Shown here in pieces: positions 1-11,408 of a stretch of 39,274 bases of DNA. Positions within the stretch are counted from its first letter, which is position 1. The number at the start of each line of letters is the position of its first letter. Source of the DNA: SAR86 cluster bacterium. Its GTDB lineage: Bacteria > Pseudomonadota > Gammaproteobacteria > Magnimaribacterales > D2472. A model generated the notes under the pieces. The model worked only from the letters and a program-made list of their open reading frames with translations. It made no database searches and was not told the DNA's origin. The stretch covers positions 1 through 39,274 of the forward strand of contig QOPE01000002.1 in NCBI GenBank assembly GCA_003331565.1. The letters are read 5' to 3'. The position numbers and the translations under genes are program-made.

Positions 1-1
1 C

Positions 2-1123
2 GGAATTCTTGGTGCCCTAAATGAAGAGCTATATGACACATCGGTTGAATCAACATCATTTATAAAGGATTTAAAATTTAGACCCGGTGGTGTCTTTGGA
101 TCCTGCAGATATAAACTGAAAGACTTTAGTAAAAATCAAAAAGAATATCAGAGAATCATTGATGTATTTCGTGCTCATGACATTGGTTACTTTTTTTATA
201 ACGGAGGCAATGATTCTGCAGATACTGCACTAAAAATTTCTGAGGCATGTAAAAAACTTAACTATGATTTAAATTGCATTGCGATACCAAAGACAGTGGA
301 TAATGATCTAGCCGTAACCGATTGTTGTCCAGGCTTTGGTTCAGTTGCTAAATATGTAATTAACTCAACAATTGAAGCTGCTCTTGATGTTGAATCAATG
401 GCGGCTAGTTCAACTAAAGTTTTTATCCTGGAAGTTATGGGTCGGCATGCTGGATGGATTGCTGCATCAAGTGCAGTCGCCATAGAAAGTTATCCTCATG
501 CACCTGATCTCATTCTTCTACCTGAAATTACTTTCAAGGAAAGAGACTTTTTAAGGAAAGTAAAAGATGCGGTAGCAAGTAAAGGTTTTTGCGTAGTCGT
601 TGCGTCTGAGGGAATTAAAAATAATAAGGGTAGATTTATTGCAGAAAGTGGCCTGAAAGATGCTTTTGGACACTCGCAGCTTGGGGGTGTTGCTCCTACT
701 TTAGCAAATATTATTAGTAAAAAAACAGGTCTAAAGAATCATTGGGCAGTTGCTGACTATCTTCAAAGGAGTGCTCGACATATTGCATCGGGAGTTGATC
801 TTGATCAAGCCTTTGCTGTTGGGAAGCATGCTGTTAAGTATGCAAGCAAAAATATGCATGGAGTAATGCCTGTAATAAAACGCTTATCTAACAATCCCTA
901 TAAATGGACAATTGAACCTGCTTCTTTAAAAAAGATTGCAAATGTAGAAAAAAAATTGCCCGCTTCATTTATTACAAAAGATGGATATGGAATAACCAAA
1001 AAAGGCATTGCTTATTTCAAGCCTTTAATTTCTGGCAAATTGGAGCATAAGTTTTCATCAATGCCTAAATATAAAAAAGGCAAACTCAAGTTAGTAAAAA
1101 AGAAGCTGCCTTTATGGGTCTAA
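2..1123 (+). CDS. pfp: Phosphofructokinase, probably PPi-dependent (5' end outside window)
   Basis: Frame 2 is open from the window edge (GILGALNEE...), upstream of the track ORF 296..1123. PFK-family motifs GGNDS, IPKTVDNDL and MGRHAGW are present. Asp in GGxDS and Lys in PKT are the signature usually linked to PPi rather than ATP use. Confidence 0.85.
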   Translation, partial: GILGALNEELYDTSVESTSFIKDLKFRPGGVFGSCRYKLKDFSKNQKEYQRIIDVFRAHDIGYFFYNGGNDSADTALKISEACKKLNYDLNCIAIPKTVDNDLAVTDCCPGFGSVAKYVINSTIEAALDVESMAASSTKVFILEVMGRHAGWIAASSAVAIESYPHAPDLILLPEITFKERDFLRKVKDAVASKGFCVVVASEGIKNNKGRFIAESGLKDAFGHSQLGGVAPTLANIISKKTGLKNHWAVADYLQRSARHIASGVDLDQAFAVGKHAVKYASKNMHGVMPVIKRLSNNPYKWTIEPASLKKIANVEKKLPASFITKDGYGITKKGIAYFKPLISGKLEHKFSSMPKYKKGKLKLVKKKLPLWV

Positions 1124-1597
1124 GTCATTAAGGAATGAAATTGCCGATCTGATTTCCTTAATTAAATCCTCTTTTTGTTCTTGATTAAGAAAATTACCCA
1201 CCTCAATATGCTTGCCTTTAGATAAAAAAAATAATTTATTCGTTTCGTTGTTAGTTTGTTTAATCTGAAACTTAACAAATGCTCTAAACTCCTCCCAAAC
1301 AAAATCTCTAAAGATCCTCCCCTTTTCAATCTTTATTTTTGAGTGAGATAGGTAAATGACTTCTTTTTGCCTGCTCCATTTAAAGTTTGCATAAAATCCT
1401 AGGCTTACAAAAAAAATCTCTAAACCTGCAAATGGAAGAATTAGTGTTGCACCCAACATAAAAAAAGCTAGGCCAATAATTAAGCAAGTTGAAAAAAGGA
1501 GAGTAAAAAAAATAACTCTTTGGGTTCCGTAAAGCGAACGGTTAGGCTTAATTTCAAAGAAAAAACTATTTTGTTTATTTTGTTCAACCTTTATCAT
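1112..1597 (-). CDS. DUF2244-like integral membrane protein
   Basis: Track ORF 1112..1702 trimmed to the ATG at 1597 (MIKVEQNK...). It has a PNRSL motif, two hydrophobic helices (..ILPFAGLEIFF..) and a soluble tail, which matches my memory of DUF2244 proteins. Function unknown. Confidence 0.65.
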   Translation of the reverse strand: MIKVEQNKQNSFFFEIKPNRSLYGTQRVIFFTLLFSTCLIIGLAFFMLGATLILPFAGLEIFFVSLGFYANFKWSRQKEVIYLSHSKIKIEKGRIFRDFVWEEFRAFVKFQIKQTNNETNKLFFLSKGKHIEVGNFLNQEQKEDLIKEIRSAISFLNDLDP

Positions 1598-1603
1598 GTT
1601 TAC

Positions 1604-2803
1604 ATGGTTACTCGAAGTGATTTTAACAAGTACATATTGCCTGTATATAATCCAGCTAAATTTATTCCAAAAAAAGCAAAAGGCAGTTATGTATGGGATC
1701 AAAATAATAATAAGTATCTTGATTTTGCTTCAGGTATTGCCGTATCAAACCTAGGTCATTGTCATCCAACTTTAGTAAAAACATTAAATGCGCAGTCAAA
1801 AAATCTTTGGCATCTTTCAAACGTATTAGCAAATGAGCCTGCATTAAAGCTGGCAAAATTAATTTGTAATAAGACATTTGCCGAAAAAATCTTCTTTACA
1901 AATTCTGGTGCAGAAGCTGTTGAAGGAGCTGTGAAGACAGCAAGAAAATATGCTTCAACTAATTTTTCAAACAAAAAAAATGAGATCGTTGCTTTTAATG
2001 ATGCTTTTCATGGCAGAACGATGATGGCTATTGCTCTTAATGGCTCCAAAAGGATGACCGAAGGTTTTGGTCCTATGCCAGGTGGCATTAAGCAGCACCC
2101 ATTTAATCAAGTAGATGGTTTAAAAAAGATCATCAATAAAAATACTGCTGCGGTTGTAATCGAACTAATTCAAGGTGAGGCTGGAATAGTGCCTGCAAAA
2201 AAAGTATTCATTAACGAAATTAGAAAGTTATGTAAGAAAAATAATGCTTTAATTGTTATAGATGAAGTGCAATCGGGTGTAGGTAGAACTGGTCATCTTT
2301 ATGCATATGAGAAGTACAACATAAAGCCTGACATTCTTTGTTCTGCTAAAGGCATGGGAAATGGAATACCAATAGGTGCAATTCTTACTACTAATAAAGT
2401 TGCAAAGGCAATGCATGTTGGCGCTCATGGTTCAACATATGGAGGTAATCCTCTGGCTTGCTCTGTTTCATATGAAGTATTCAAAGAAGTATCTAAAAAA
2501 AGCTTTCTTAATTCGGTAATAAAGAAAGAAAAAATTTTTTTAAGCTTATTAAATGATTTAAACAAAAAATATAATTGTTTTACTGCAGTTAGATCAGCAG
2601 GATTATGGATTGGTCTTGAGCTTAACTCTAAAATAGAGAATTTAACCCTTCAAAATATTATGTCTTCTGCATACGATGAAGGATTAATGATTTTAAAAGC
2701 AAACAATAATACTCTTAGGCTCGCACCAGCACTGACAATTTCAGAAAAAGAGATTAAATTGGGTGTTAAAAAATTAGAAAAAAGTCTTTCAAGAGTCCTC
2801 TGA
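1604..2803 (+). CDS. argD: Acetylornithine/succinylornithine aminotransferase (class III PLP aminotransferase)
   Basis: Track ORF trimmed to the ATG at 1604; [33 protein letters not shown] is collinear with the E. coli ArgD N-terminus. Motifs [12 protein letters not shown] and [11 protein letters not shown], with the PLP lysine in CSAKGMG. Confidence 0.85.
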   Translation: MVTRSDFNKYILPVYNPAKFIPKKAKGSYVWDQNNNKYLDFASGIAVSNLGHCHPTLVKTLNAQSKNLWHLSNVLANEPALKLAKLICNKTFAEKIFFTNSGAEAVEGAVKTARKYASTNFSNKKNEIVAFNDAFHGRTMMAIALNGSKRMTEGFGPMPGGIKQHPFNQVDGLKKIINKNTAAVVIELIQGEAGIVPAKKVFINEIRKLCKKNNALIVIDEVQSGVGRTGHLYAYEKYNIKPDILCSAKGMGNGIPIGAILTTNKVAKAMHVGAHGSTYGGNPLACSVSYEVFKEVSKKSFLNSVIKKEKIFLSLLNDLNKKYNCFTAVRSAGLWIGLELNSKIENLTLQNIMSSAYDEGLMILKANNNTLRLAPALTISEKEIKLGVKKLEKSLSRVL

Positions 2804-5038
2804 CACATCGAAAACTTCAGTAACCCTATCAACTTTTCGATATCCTTGCGGCAACATTAAGCCTCGCTTAGCTCTATCTGAGAGATAATTTTCAAGATCT
2901 TTAACACTGAAATTTTTAAATTGTTTCCCGCTATGAAGTTGCAGCTTTGACTCTGCTCCTAACAAACATACATGTTTCATTGCTTCTTCACCACTTTCAA
3001 ATTTAGCCTTGGGAATATTAATGATTTTATTTCCTTTTCCTCTTGGAAGAATTGGTAAGCTGTCTAATGAAAAAATTAACATTCTTCCTATAGAAGAAAT
3101 GGCAACAATTAACTGATGATGCGGGAGTATCTTAGTTGGCGGAACTAGTTTAGATTGAGGAGTTAATTTAATAAAATTCTTACCGGTCTTCTTGTTTGAT
3201 AGAGTATTCCTAATTTCACTGATAAATCCATATCCAGCAGATGTTGAAATAATAAATTTTTCTTCATCAGCGCCAGCTATTACTCCTTGAAAAGACACAC
3301 CTGACTCGGCACTTACTCTACCAGTAATTGGCTCACCCATGCCTCGAGCTGAGGGCAACGAGAAAGATGGTAACGAAAAACATTTTCCCGTTGAATCAAA
3401 GAAATTTGCCATTTGATTATTTCTACCTTGTGCGAAATGTCTTAGGCCATCATCGCCTCGATAATTTAATGAGCTTGGATCAACATCATGTCCTTTTGCT
3501 GCTCTGATCCATCCTGCTTTTGAGAGGATGATGGTTATTGGTTCGTTGGAAATGACTTCCTCTTCAGAAAAAGCCTTTGCGTTAGAGCTTTCAATAAGCG
3601 GAGAATTCCTTTCATCTCCAAACTGTTCTTTAATTTCAAGCAATTCTTTCTTTATATAAGTCTTTAACCTTGATTTGGAGCCAATGATCTTTTCCAAATC
3701 TTTTTTTTCATCCTTTAATAGCTTGCTTTCTTCTTCAAGTTTTATTTGTTCGAGTTTTGCAAGCTGTCTAAGCTTAATCTCAAGAATCGCATTGGCTTGA
3801 ATTTCCGAAATCTTAAATTTCTTAATAAGTTCTTTTTTAGGTTCATCACTTTGTCGTATGATTTTAATGACCGTGTCTATGTCCACATAAACAATTAAGA
3901 GGCCTTCAAGGATATGCAATCTATCATCAACTTGCTGAAGCCTATGGTTAAGTTTTTTAAGCACCGTCTCTTGTCTAAACTTCAGCCACTCATAGAGTAA
4001 GTCTCTAAGGCCAAATACCCTTGGCGATCCAGATCGGTCAATCAAGTTAATGTTTGCTCTGTAGTTCTTTTGTAAATCTGTAGTTGCGTATAAATGGTTC
4101 ATAACCTCCTCACCATCAATACGATTAGATTTAAGAGAGATAACAAGCCTAACTGGCTCTTGGTGATCAGCCTCATCTCTAAGGTCAACAACCATTGGAA
4201 GCTTCTTTTTGTTCATCTGGTCTGCAATCTGCTCTAAAATTTTTGATCCTGATGCTTGGTGTGGAAGAGCATCAATAATAATATCATTGCCCTCCTTTAC
4301 CCATTTTGCTTGCATTTTAAAACCGCCTCTGCCGGTTGTATAAATTTCAATGAGCTCTTCATCTGAAGCAATTATTGGCGCATGATTTGAAAAATCTGGA
4401 CCTTTGACATGCTTGAGTAGTTTTGAAATGTCAGCTTTGGGATTATCAAGTAGATAAATACAAGCATCTATAACTTCTGAAATGTTATGAGAAGGAATAT
4501 CTGTGGCCATGCCCACAGCGATTCCTGTAGTTCCATTCAACAAAATATTTGGAACTTTAGATGGCAAAATTATTGGTTCCGAAAGAGAGCCATCAAAGTT
4601 AGGCTGCCAATCAACTGTGCCTAACTTAATCTCTTCGAGCAAAAGATTTGCATATGCAGTTAATCTTGATTCTGTATATCTCATTGCAGCGAAAGATTTT
4701 GGATCATCCTGTGTTCCCCAATTTCCTTGCCCATCAACAAGGGGATATCTAAAAGAAAAGTTTTGTGCCATCAAAACCATAGCCTCATATGCAGCACTGT
4801 CTCCATGCGGATGAAATTTACCGATTACATCTCCTACGGTTCTTGCAGATTTCTTGTACTTTGATCCAGCATTTAAACCTAGCTCGCTCATTGCATATAG
4901 GATCCTTCTTTGAACAGGCTTCATTCCATCACCAATATTTGGAAGCGCACGATCTAAGATGACGTACATCGAATAATTTAAATATGATTCCTCTGCATAA
5001 TCTCTTAGTTTGATTGCATCAATTTTTTGGTTACTCAT
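2789..5038 (-). CDS. parC: DNA topoisomerase IV subunit A
   Basis: 749 aa with a type IIA topoisomerase A-subunit N-terminus ([19 protein letters not shown]) and the active-site Tyr in AAMRYTES. I see no GyrA box (QRRGGKG). It is translationally coupled (ATGA) to a short, ParE-sized B subunit. Confidence 0.9.
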   Translation of the reverse strand: MSNQKIDAIKLRDYAEESYLNYSMYVILDRALPNIGDGMKPVQRRILYAMSELGLNAGSKYKKSARTVGDVIGKFHPHGDSAAYEAMVLMAQNFSFRYPLVDGQGNWGTQDDPKSFAAMRYTESRLTAYANLLLEEIKLGTVDWQPNFDGSLSEPIILPSKVPNILLNGTTGIAVGMATDIPSHNISEVIDACIYLLDNPKADISKLLKHVKGPDFSNHAPIIASDEELIEIYTTGRGGFKMQAKWVKEGNDIIIDALPHQASGSKILEQIADQMNKKKLPMVVDLRDEADHQEPVRLVISLKSNRIDGEEVMNHLYATTDLQKNYRANINLIDRSGSPRVFGLRDLLYEWLKFRQETVLKKLNHRLQQVDDRLHILEGLLIVYVDIDTVIKIIRQSDEPKKELIKKFKISEIQANAILEIKLRQLAKLEQIKLEEESKLLKDEKKDLEKIIGSKSRLKTYIKKELLEIKEQFGDERNSPLIESSNAKAFSEEEVISNEPITIILSKAGWIRAAKGHDVDPSSLNYRGDDGLRHFAQGRNNQMANFFDSTGKCFSLPSFSLPSARGMGEPITGRVSAESGVSFQGVIAGADEEKFIISTSAGYGFISEIRNTLSNKKTGKNFIKLTPQSKLVPPTKILPHHQLIVAISSIGRMLIFSLDSLPILPRGKGNKIINIPKAKFESGEEAMKHVCLLGAESKLQLHSGKQFKNFSVKDLENYLSDRAKRGLMLPQGYRKVDRVTEVFDVSEDS

Positions 5039-6932
5039 ATGTCCACCCTAGCAATTTTTCCTTTTTTTTCGAGCCATGTCTTTCTATCCCCTGCCCTTTT
5101 CTTTGACAAAAGAAGATCCATCATTGCATTGACATTGTCTTTTGAGTCTATGGTAAGTTGAACCAATTTTCTGGTTGCTGGATCCATAACAGTCTCTCGA
5201 AGCTGGCTTGGGTTCATTTCACCAAGCCCTTTAAACCTTTGAATATCTATTTTTGGGTTTCCTTTTTTAGAACTAAGCTCTTTTACAATCTTATCTTTTT
5301 CTTTTTCATCAACTGCATATAATTTTTCTTTTGCGCAATCTATTCTAAAGAGTGGCGGCATCGCAACATAAATTCTGCCATCTTGAATAAGATTTTTATA
5401 ATGCCTTAAAAAAAGTGCACATAGCAGTGTTGCTATATGTAACCCATCTGAGTCAGCATCTGCGAGGATACATATTTTTCCATACCTGAGGTTTGATAGG
5501 TCTGTTTCTCCAGGATTAACACCCATAGCAGTGGCTAAGTCTTTAATTTCCTGAGACTTAATTATTTCACTGCTTTCTAGATCCCATGTATTGAGAATTT
5601 TTCCTCTGAGCGGCATGATTGCTTGAAAGCCTCTTTCGCGTGCTTGTTTTGCAGAGCCCCCAGCTGAATCACCCTCAACTAAAAAAAGTTCAGTTTCATT
5701 GAGATCGATTGAATTGCAGTCAGATAACTTACCTGGAAGAGCGGGGCCTTGAAAGGTTTTTTTACGTGCGACTGTTTTAACTTCTTTTGATCTTTTCTGA
5801 GCAGATTCAATAGCAAGGTCAGCAATTAGTTCTGCCTCTTCAGTATGCTGATTGAACCAAATACTTAAAGAATCTTTTGTAGCTGCACTGACAAAGGATT
5901 GATGATCTTTAGAATCTAATCTTTCCTTGGTTTGACCGGCAAACTGTGGGTTTTTAAGTTTTGATGAAACAACAAATGCGGCATGATTAATTGTGTCGTC
6001 AGAAGTTAGCTTAATCCCCTTTGGCAAAAGATTTCTAAATTCACAAAATTCTTTAATTGCATCCAAAAGTCCAGATTTAAAGCCATTAAGATGTGAGCCA
6101 CCTTGTGCAGTTGGAATCAGGTTTACATAAGATTCGTTAAGGAGTTTTTTGGAGTTATTCATAACCCAGTTGATAACAAAATCAATTGAATTATCTTCGT
6201 TAGATTTTGAACTTAAAATTGAATCTTTTAAGAGAAACTCTTCCTCTTTAATCTCATCACCTAAATAACCTTCTAAACCATTCGGATACTCCCAAGTTTC
6301 TTTATCGTCTTTTTTAAATTCACTTGCAAATGAAATTTTTAAACCCGGACATAAGACTGATTTTGCCTTTAGTAAATGTTTTAATTTTTTAACATCAACT
6401 TTCGAGGATTCAAAATACTGAGGATCAGGAATAAATCTTATGCTTGTTCCTGTATTCCTGTTGCCAACCTCGCCTGTAACTTTTAATTCTTTTGATTTTT
6501 CTCCGCCACTAAAACTCATTTCATGAATTTTTCCATCTCGCTTTATCGTTGCTGATAAATTTGTTGATAAGGCGTTCACAACGGATACACCGACTCCGTG
6601 AAGCCCACCAGAAAAGTTGTAATCCTCACCAGAAAATTTTGCTCCAGCATGGAGCTTACATAAAATTAACTCGACACCGCTTACTTTATGTTCAGGATGA
6701 ACATCAGTTGGCATCCCTCTTCCATCGTCACTTACTTCAATGAAACCATCCTTAAAAAGATTGATCTTAATTTGAGAGCAATGCCCAGCTAAAGCTTCAT
6801 CAACTGCATTATCTAGGACTTCTTGAATCAAATGATTAGGACAGCTGGTATCGGTATACATACCTGGCCTTTTTCTTACAGGATCTAATCCAGACAGTAC
6901 CTCAATGGATTTAGCGTCGTATTGTTTAGCCA

Positions 6933-6933
<1 letters not shown>
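5035..6933 (-). CDS. parE: DNA topoisomerase IV subunit B
   Basis: 632 aa with GHKL ATPase and TOPRIM motifs ([33 protein letters not shown]). It lacks the roughly 170-aa insertion typical of proteobacterial GyrB. Confidence 0.9.
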
Positions 6934-8639
<1,706 letters not shown>

Positions 8640-8738
8640 TTACTCTAAATAAAAGCTATTAAGTTGTAAGTTTTAATAATAGACTAAAGTATTACTAATG
8701 TTGAAAGTGTTATCTGCAGAACCTACAATGTGCGACCT

Positions 8739-10076
8739 ATGAAAAGAAATAGAAACTATATTTTATTAAGCATATTGAGCATAACTTTTACTATTGAGGC
8801 CGATAATCTTCTTGATATTTATAATGAGGCTCTCGAAAATGATCCGCAATTTAAAGCTGCCGAGTACACCTACTTATCTGGTAAAGAAATAAAAAAACAA
8901 GGTATGGCTGCATTATTGCCAAATATTTCTCTTTCAGGTCAGACCACATGGAATGAATATTATCAGTTAGGAGAACTGCAGAATGAATATAATAGCTTCA
9001 GTCAGGCTGCAAGAATCTCTCAACCCCTTCTAAGACTCGATACATGGTTCAACTTCAGAAGGTCAAAATTTCTTACAGATGCAAGTGAGGCAGACTTTGC
9101 ATTTCAACAACAAAATCTGATCGTTAGAACAGCAGAATTATATTTCAACGTTTTAAGGTCAATTGATAATTTAAATGCAGCTATCTCAGAAGAAGTTGCT
9201 ATTAAAAAACAGTTGGATCAAACAAAACAACGTTATGAAGTGGGTCTTTCTGCGATTACAGAAGTACAAGAAGCACAATTAGCTTATGACGTTAGTTTGG
9301 CCGCAAAAATAAGACGAGAAGGTGAAGTTTTTACGGCTAGAGAAGCATTAAATGCACTTGTTGGCCGTGAGATTGTTTCTGTTGATACGCTAGTAAATGA
9401 GATGAGGGTTACTAATCCTGTGCCTGATTCAAAAGACGATTGGGTTCAAAAGGGAATTGAGAATAACTTTAGACTAAAAGCAGCCAACCTGAGGACCAAA
9501 GCTTCAAAAAATAATGCTAGGAGCGCCGCGGCTAATCATCTCCCTAAAATTGATATTGTCGGTAGCAGGGTGGAGTCAGAAACTAATCAGTTTTCATTCG
9601 ACGGTATTGACACAGGTTCTGCTTTTCAAATTACTGTTCCTGATGAAACACAAAGAGATAATTATAGCCTTCAGTGGAGTGTGCCAATCTTTCAAGGTGG
9701 AGCTGTTAACTCAAGACGAAAGCAAGCTTATGCGGACTATAATAAATCCTCACAAGACGCACTTTTTGTTCAGCGTTCAGTGATTCAAGAAGTTAGATCG
9801 CAATATTCGAATGTTGTAACACTTGTTGCTAATCTTAGAGCTCAGCGTCAAGCAGTTATATCTGCTACAAGTGCACTTGAGGCTACTAGAGTTGGATATG
9901 AGGTCGGAACCAGAAATATTGTAGATTTATTGCAGGCTGAGAAAAATTTATATGCTGCTGAAAGAAATTTAGCAAATGCAAAATATGATTATCTTATGTC
10001 TACACTCAGGTTGCACTTGTCTGCTGGAACCCTTGACCCAAAAAATCTTATCGACATAAACAGTCTGCTAGGATAA
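8739..10076 (+). CDS. tolC: TolC-family outer-membrane efflux channel
   Basis: Signal peptide (MKRNRNYILLSILSITFTIEA), LLDIYNEALENDPQFKAA and two internal repeat halves typical of the TolC/OMF family. ATG at 8739 is preferred over the in-frame GTG at 8730. Confidence 0.85.
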   Translation: MKRNRNYILLSILSITFTIEADNLLDIYNEALENDPQFKAAEYTYLSGKEIKKQGMAALLPNISLSGQTTWNEYYQLGELQNEYNSFSQAARISQPLLRLDTWFNFRRSKFLTDASEADFAFQQQNLIVRTAELYFNVLRSIDNLNAAISEEVAIKKQLDQTKQRYEVGLSAITEVQEAQLAYDVSLAAKIRREGEVFTAREALNALVGREIVSVDTLVNEMRVTNPVPDSKDDWVQKGIENNFRLKAANLRTKASKNNARSAAANHLPKIDIVGSRVESETNQFSFDGIDTGSAFQITVPDETQRDNYSLQWSVPIFQGGAVNSRRKQAYADYNKSSQDALFVQRSVIQEVRSQYSNVVTLVANLRAQRQAVISATSALEATRVGYEVGTRNIVDLLQAEKNLYAAERNLANAKYDYLMSTLRLHLSAGTLDPKNLIDINSLLG

Positions 10077-10102
10077 TCATCTCAAAACCAACTGCTCTCT
10101 AA

Positions 10103-10912
10103 ATGCCTGAATTACCTGAGGTTGAAACATCCGTGAGAGGTATTTCTTCTCTCAGCGGAGAAAAGATTCAGCAAATAAAAGTACATATCCCAAAATTAAG
10201 ATGGCCAATCAAGGAAAATGATTTTCTTGATCTTGAGGACAGAAAGATAGTTTCTATTTATAGGCGAGCAAAATACATAATTTTTAATTGTGAAGAAAAA
10301 TTTTTAATACTTCATCTCGGAATGACTGGAACCCTTCGGATAATCCAGACGAAATCTAATGAATATAAAAAACATGATCATGTTGAGTTGATTTTTAAAA
10401 AAAATAAGTTGCTTTTTAATGATCCAAGAAGGTTTGGCTCTATACACATAACTAATAATATAAATGAGCATTTTTTAATTAAAAACCTGGGAGTAGAGCC
10501 ATTAGATGAAGTATTTAATGAAGATTACTTATATACAAAAATCAAGAAATCCAATGCATCCATCAAGTCACTTATCATGAACCAAAAAATAGTTGTTGGT
10601 ATAGGCAACATATATGCAAATGAAATTCTTTTTTTATCAAGGATCAATCCTAGAAAAAAAGGTAAATACATTACAAGAAAAAATGCATCTGAAATTACTA
10701 AGCACTCAAAAAGTATCCTAAGAAAAGCAATTAATGCAGGCGGTACAACATTACAAGATTTTTTTTCGCCCTCTGGGAATAAAGGATATTTTAAAGTTGA
10801 CTTAAATGTTTATGATCGAGAGGGAGAGAAATGCTTCGATTGCTCAAACTTGATAAAAAGAATTGAACAAAACCAAAGGTCAACATTTCTTTGTAGAAAT
10901 TGCCAGAGTTAA
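10103..10912 (+). CDS. mutM: Formamidopyrimidine-DNA glycosylase
   Basis: N-terminal MPELPEVE (catalytic Pro2/Glu3) and a C-terminal C4 zinc finger CFDC..CRNC. Confidence 0.95.
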   Translation: MPELPEVETSVRGISSLSGEKIQQIKVHIPKLRWPIKENDFLDLEDRKIVSIYRRAKYIIFNCEEKFLILHLGMTGTLRIIQTKSNEYKKHDHVELIFKKNKLLFNDPRRFGSIHITNNINEHFLIKNLGVEPLDEVFNEDYLYTKIKKSNASIKSLIMNQKIVVGIGNIYANEILFLSRINPRKKGKYITRKNASEITKHSKSILRKAINAGGTTLQDFFSPSGNKGYFKVDLNVYDREGEKCFDCSNLIKRIEQNQRSTFLCRNCQS

Positions 10913-11388
10913 GAAAATTTACTTTTTAAAGCTTTTTCAATATGCAACGGAACAAATCTAGATACATCTCCGCCGAATTGTGCAATCTCTTTCACGAGAC
11001 TGGAAGAGACGTAAATTAGCGTGTCTTTAGGTGTAAAGAAAATGCTTTCAATATCCGGTGCTAGGCTCCTATTCATCGTTGCTAACTGAAATTCATATTC
11101 AAAATCAGCGACAGCCCTAAGCCCTCTAATGATAGCTATTGCATTATTTTCTCTAGCCAAATCAACAGTTAATTTTTTTGAGTAGCCTATAGCTCGAATT
11201 TTGCTGTTACCAGAAAAAACTTCATTTAAAAGATCTAGGCGCTCATCTGTACTGAAAAGTGGATTTTTAGATTTAGATTCTGCAACCCCTATTACAACTT
11301 GATCAAATAACGATGCGGCCCTTTCTACAATATCAATATGGCCGAATGTGATTGGATCAAATGAACCTGGATATATAGCGACTTTCAT
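10909..11388 (-). CDS. coaD: Phosphopantetheine adenylyltransferase
   Basis: 159 aa with MKVAIYPGSFDPITFGHIDI (nucleotidyltransferase HxGH-type motif) and full-length CoaD-like sequence. Confidence 0.95.
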   Translation of the reverse strand: MKVAIYPGSFDPITFGHIDIVERAASLFDQVVIGVAESKSKNPLFSTDERLDLLNEVFSGNSKIRAIGYSKKLTVDLARENNAIAIIRGLRAVADFEYEFQLATMNRSLAPDIESIFFTPKDTLIYVSSSLVKEIAQFGGDVSRFVPLHIEKALKSKFS

Positions 11389-11408
11389 TGATCGAATGAT
11401 ACTAGAAA

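Noticed and set aside
1520-1702. Long N-terminal extensions of track ORFs 1112..1702 (-) and 1520..2803 (+), which would make the two genes overlap by 183 nt
   Set aside because: Homology-style N-termini begin at the internal Met codons (1597 and 1604). The extensions are hydrophobic or low-complexity and mutually exclusive, so both were trimmed.
4503-4814. Antisense or nested ORFs in the six-frame track: 262..483, 1662..1877, 1762..1974, 2650..2832, 4503..4814, 6549..6743, 8273..8479, 9514..9783, 11812..11994, 13599..13949, 16117..16311, 16620..16832, 17066..17344, 17389..17571, 19071..19331, 19924..20142, 20035..20292, 21648..21851, 22897..23181, 23947..24198, 24616..24852, 26338..26658, 30203..30418, 30955..31251, 31519..31842, 32017..32214, 32219..32404, 32275..32496, 32726..32950, 32761..33030, 33697..33909, 37153..37503, 38992..39246
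   Set aside because: Each lies entirely within, or mostly opposite, a long ORF with clear family motifs. Their translations are low-complexity (Ser/Leu/Ile/Phe-rich shadows of AT-rich codons) with no recognisable motifs or RBS. I treat them as shadow ORFs.
8730-8738. GTG at 8730 as the tolC start (MRPMKRN...)
   Set aside because: The ATG at 8739 gives a standard signal peptide n-region (MKRNRN...). Neither codon has an RBS, so ATG is preferred. The 9-nt difference is unresolved without N-terminal data.
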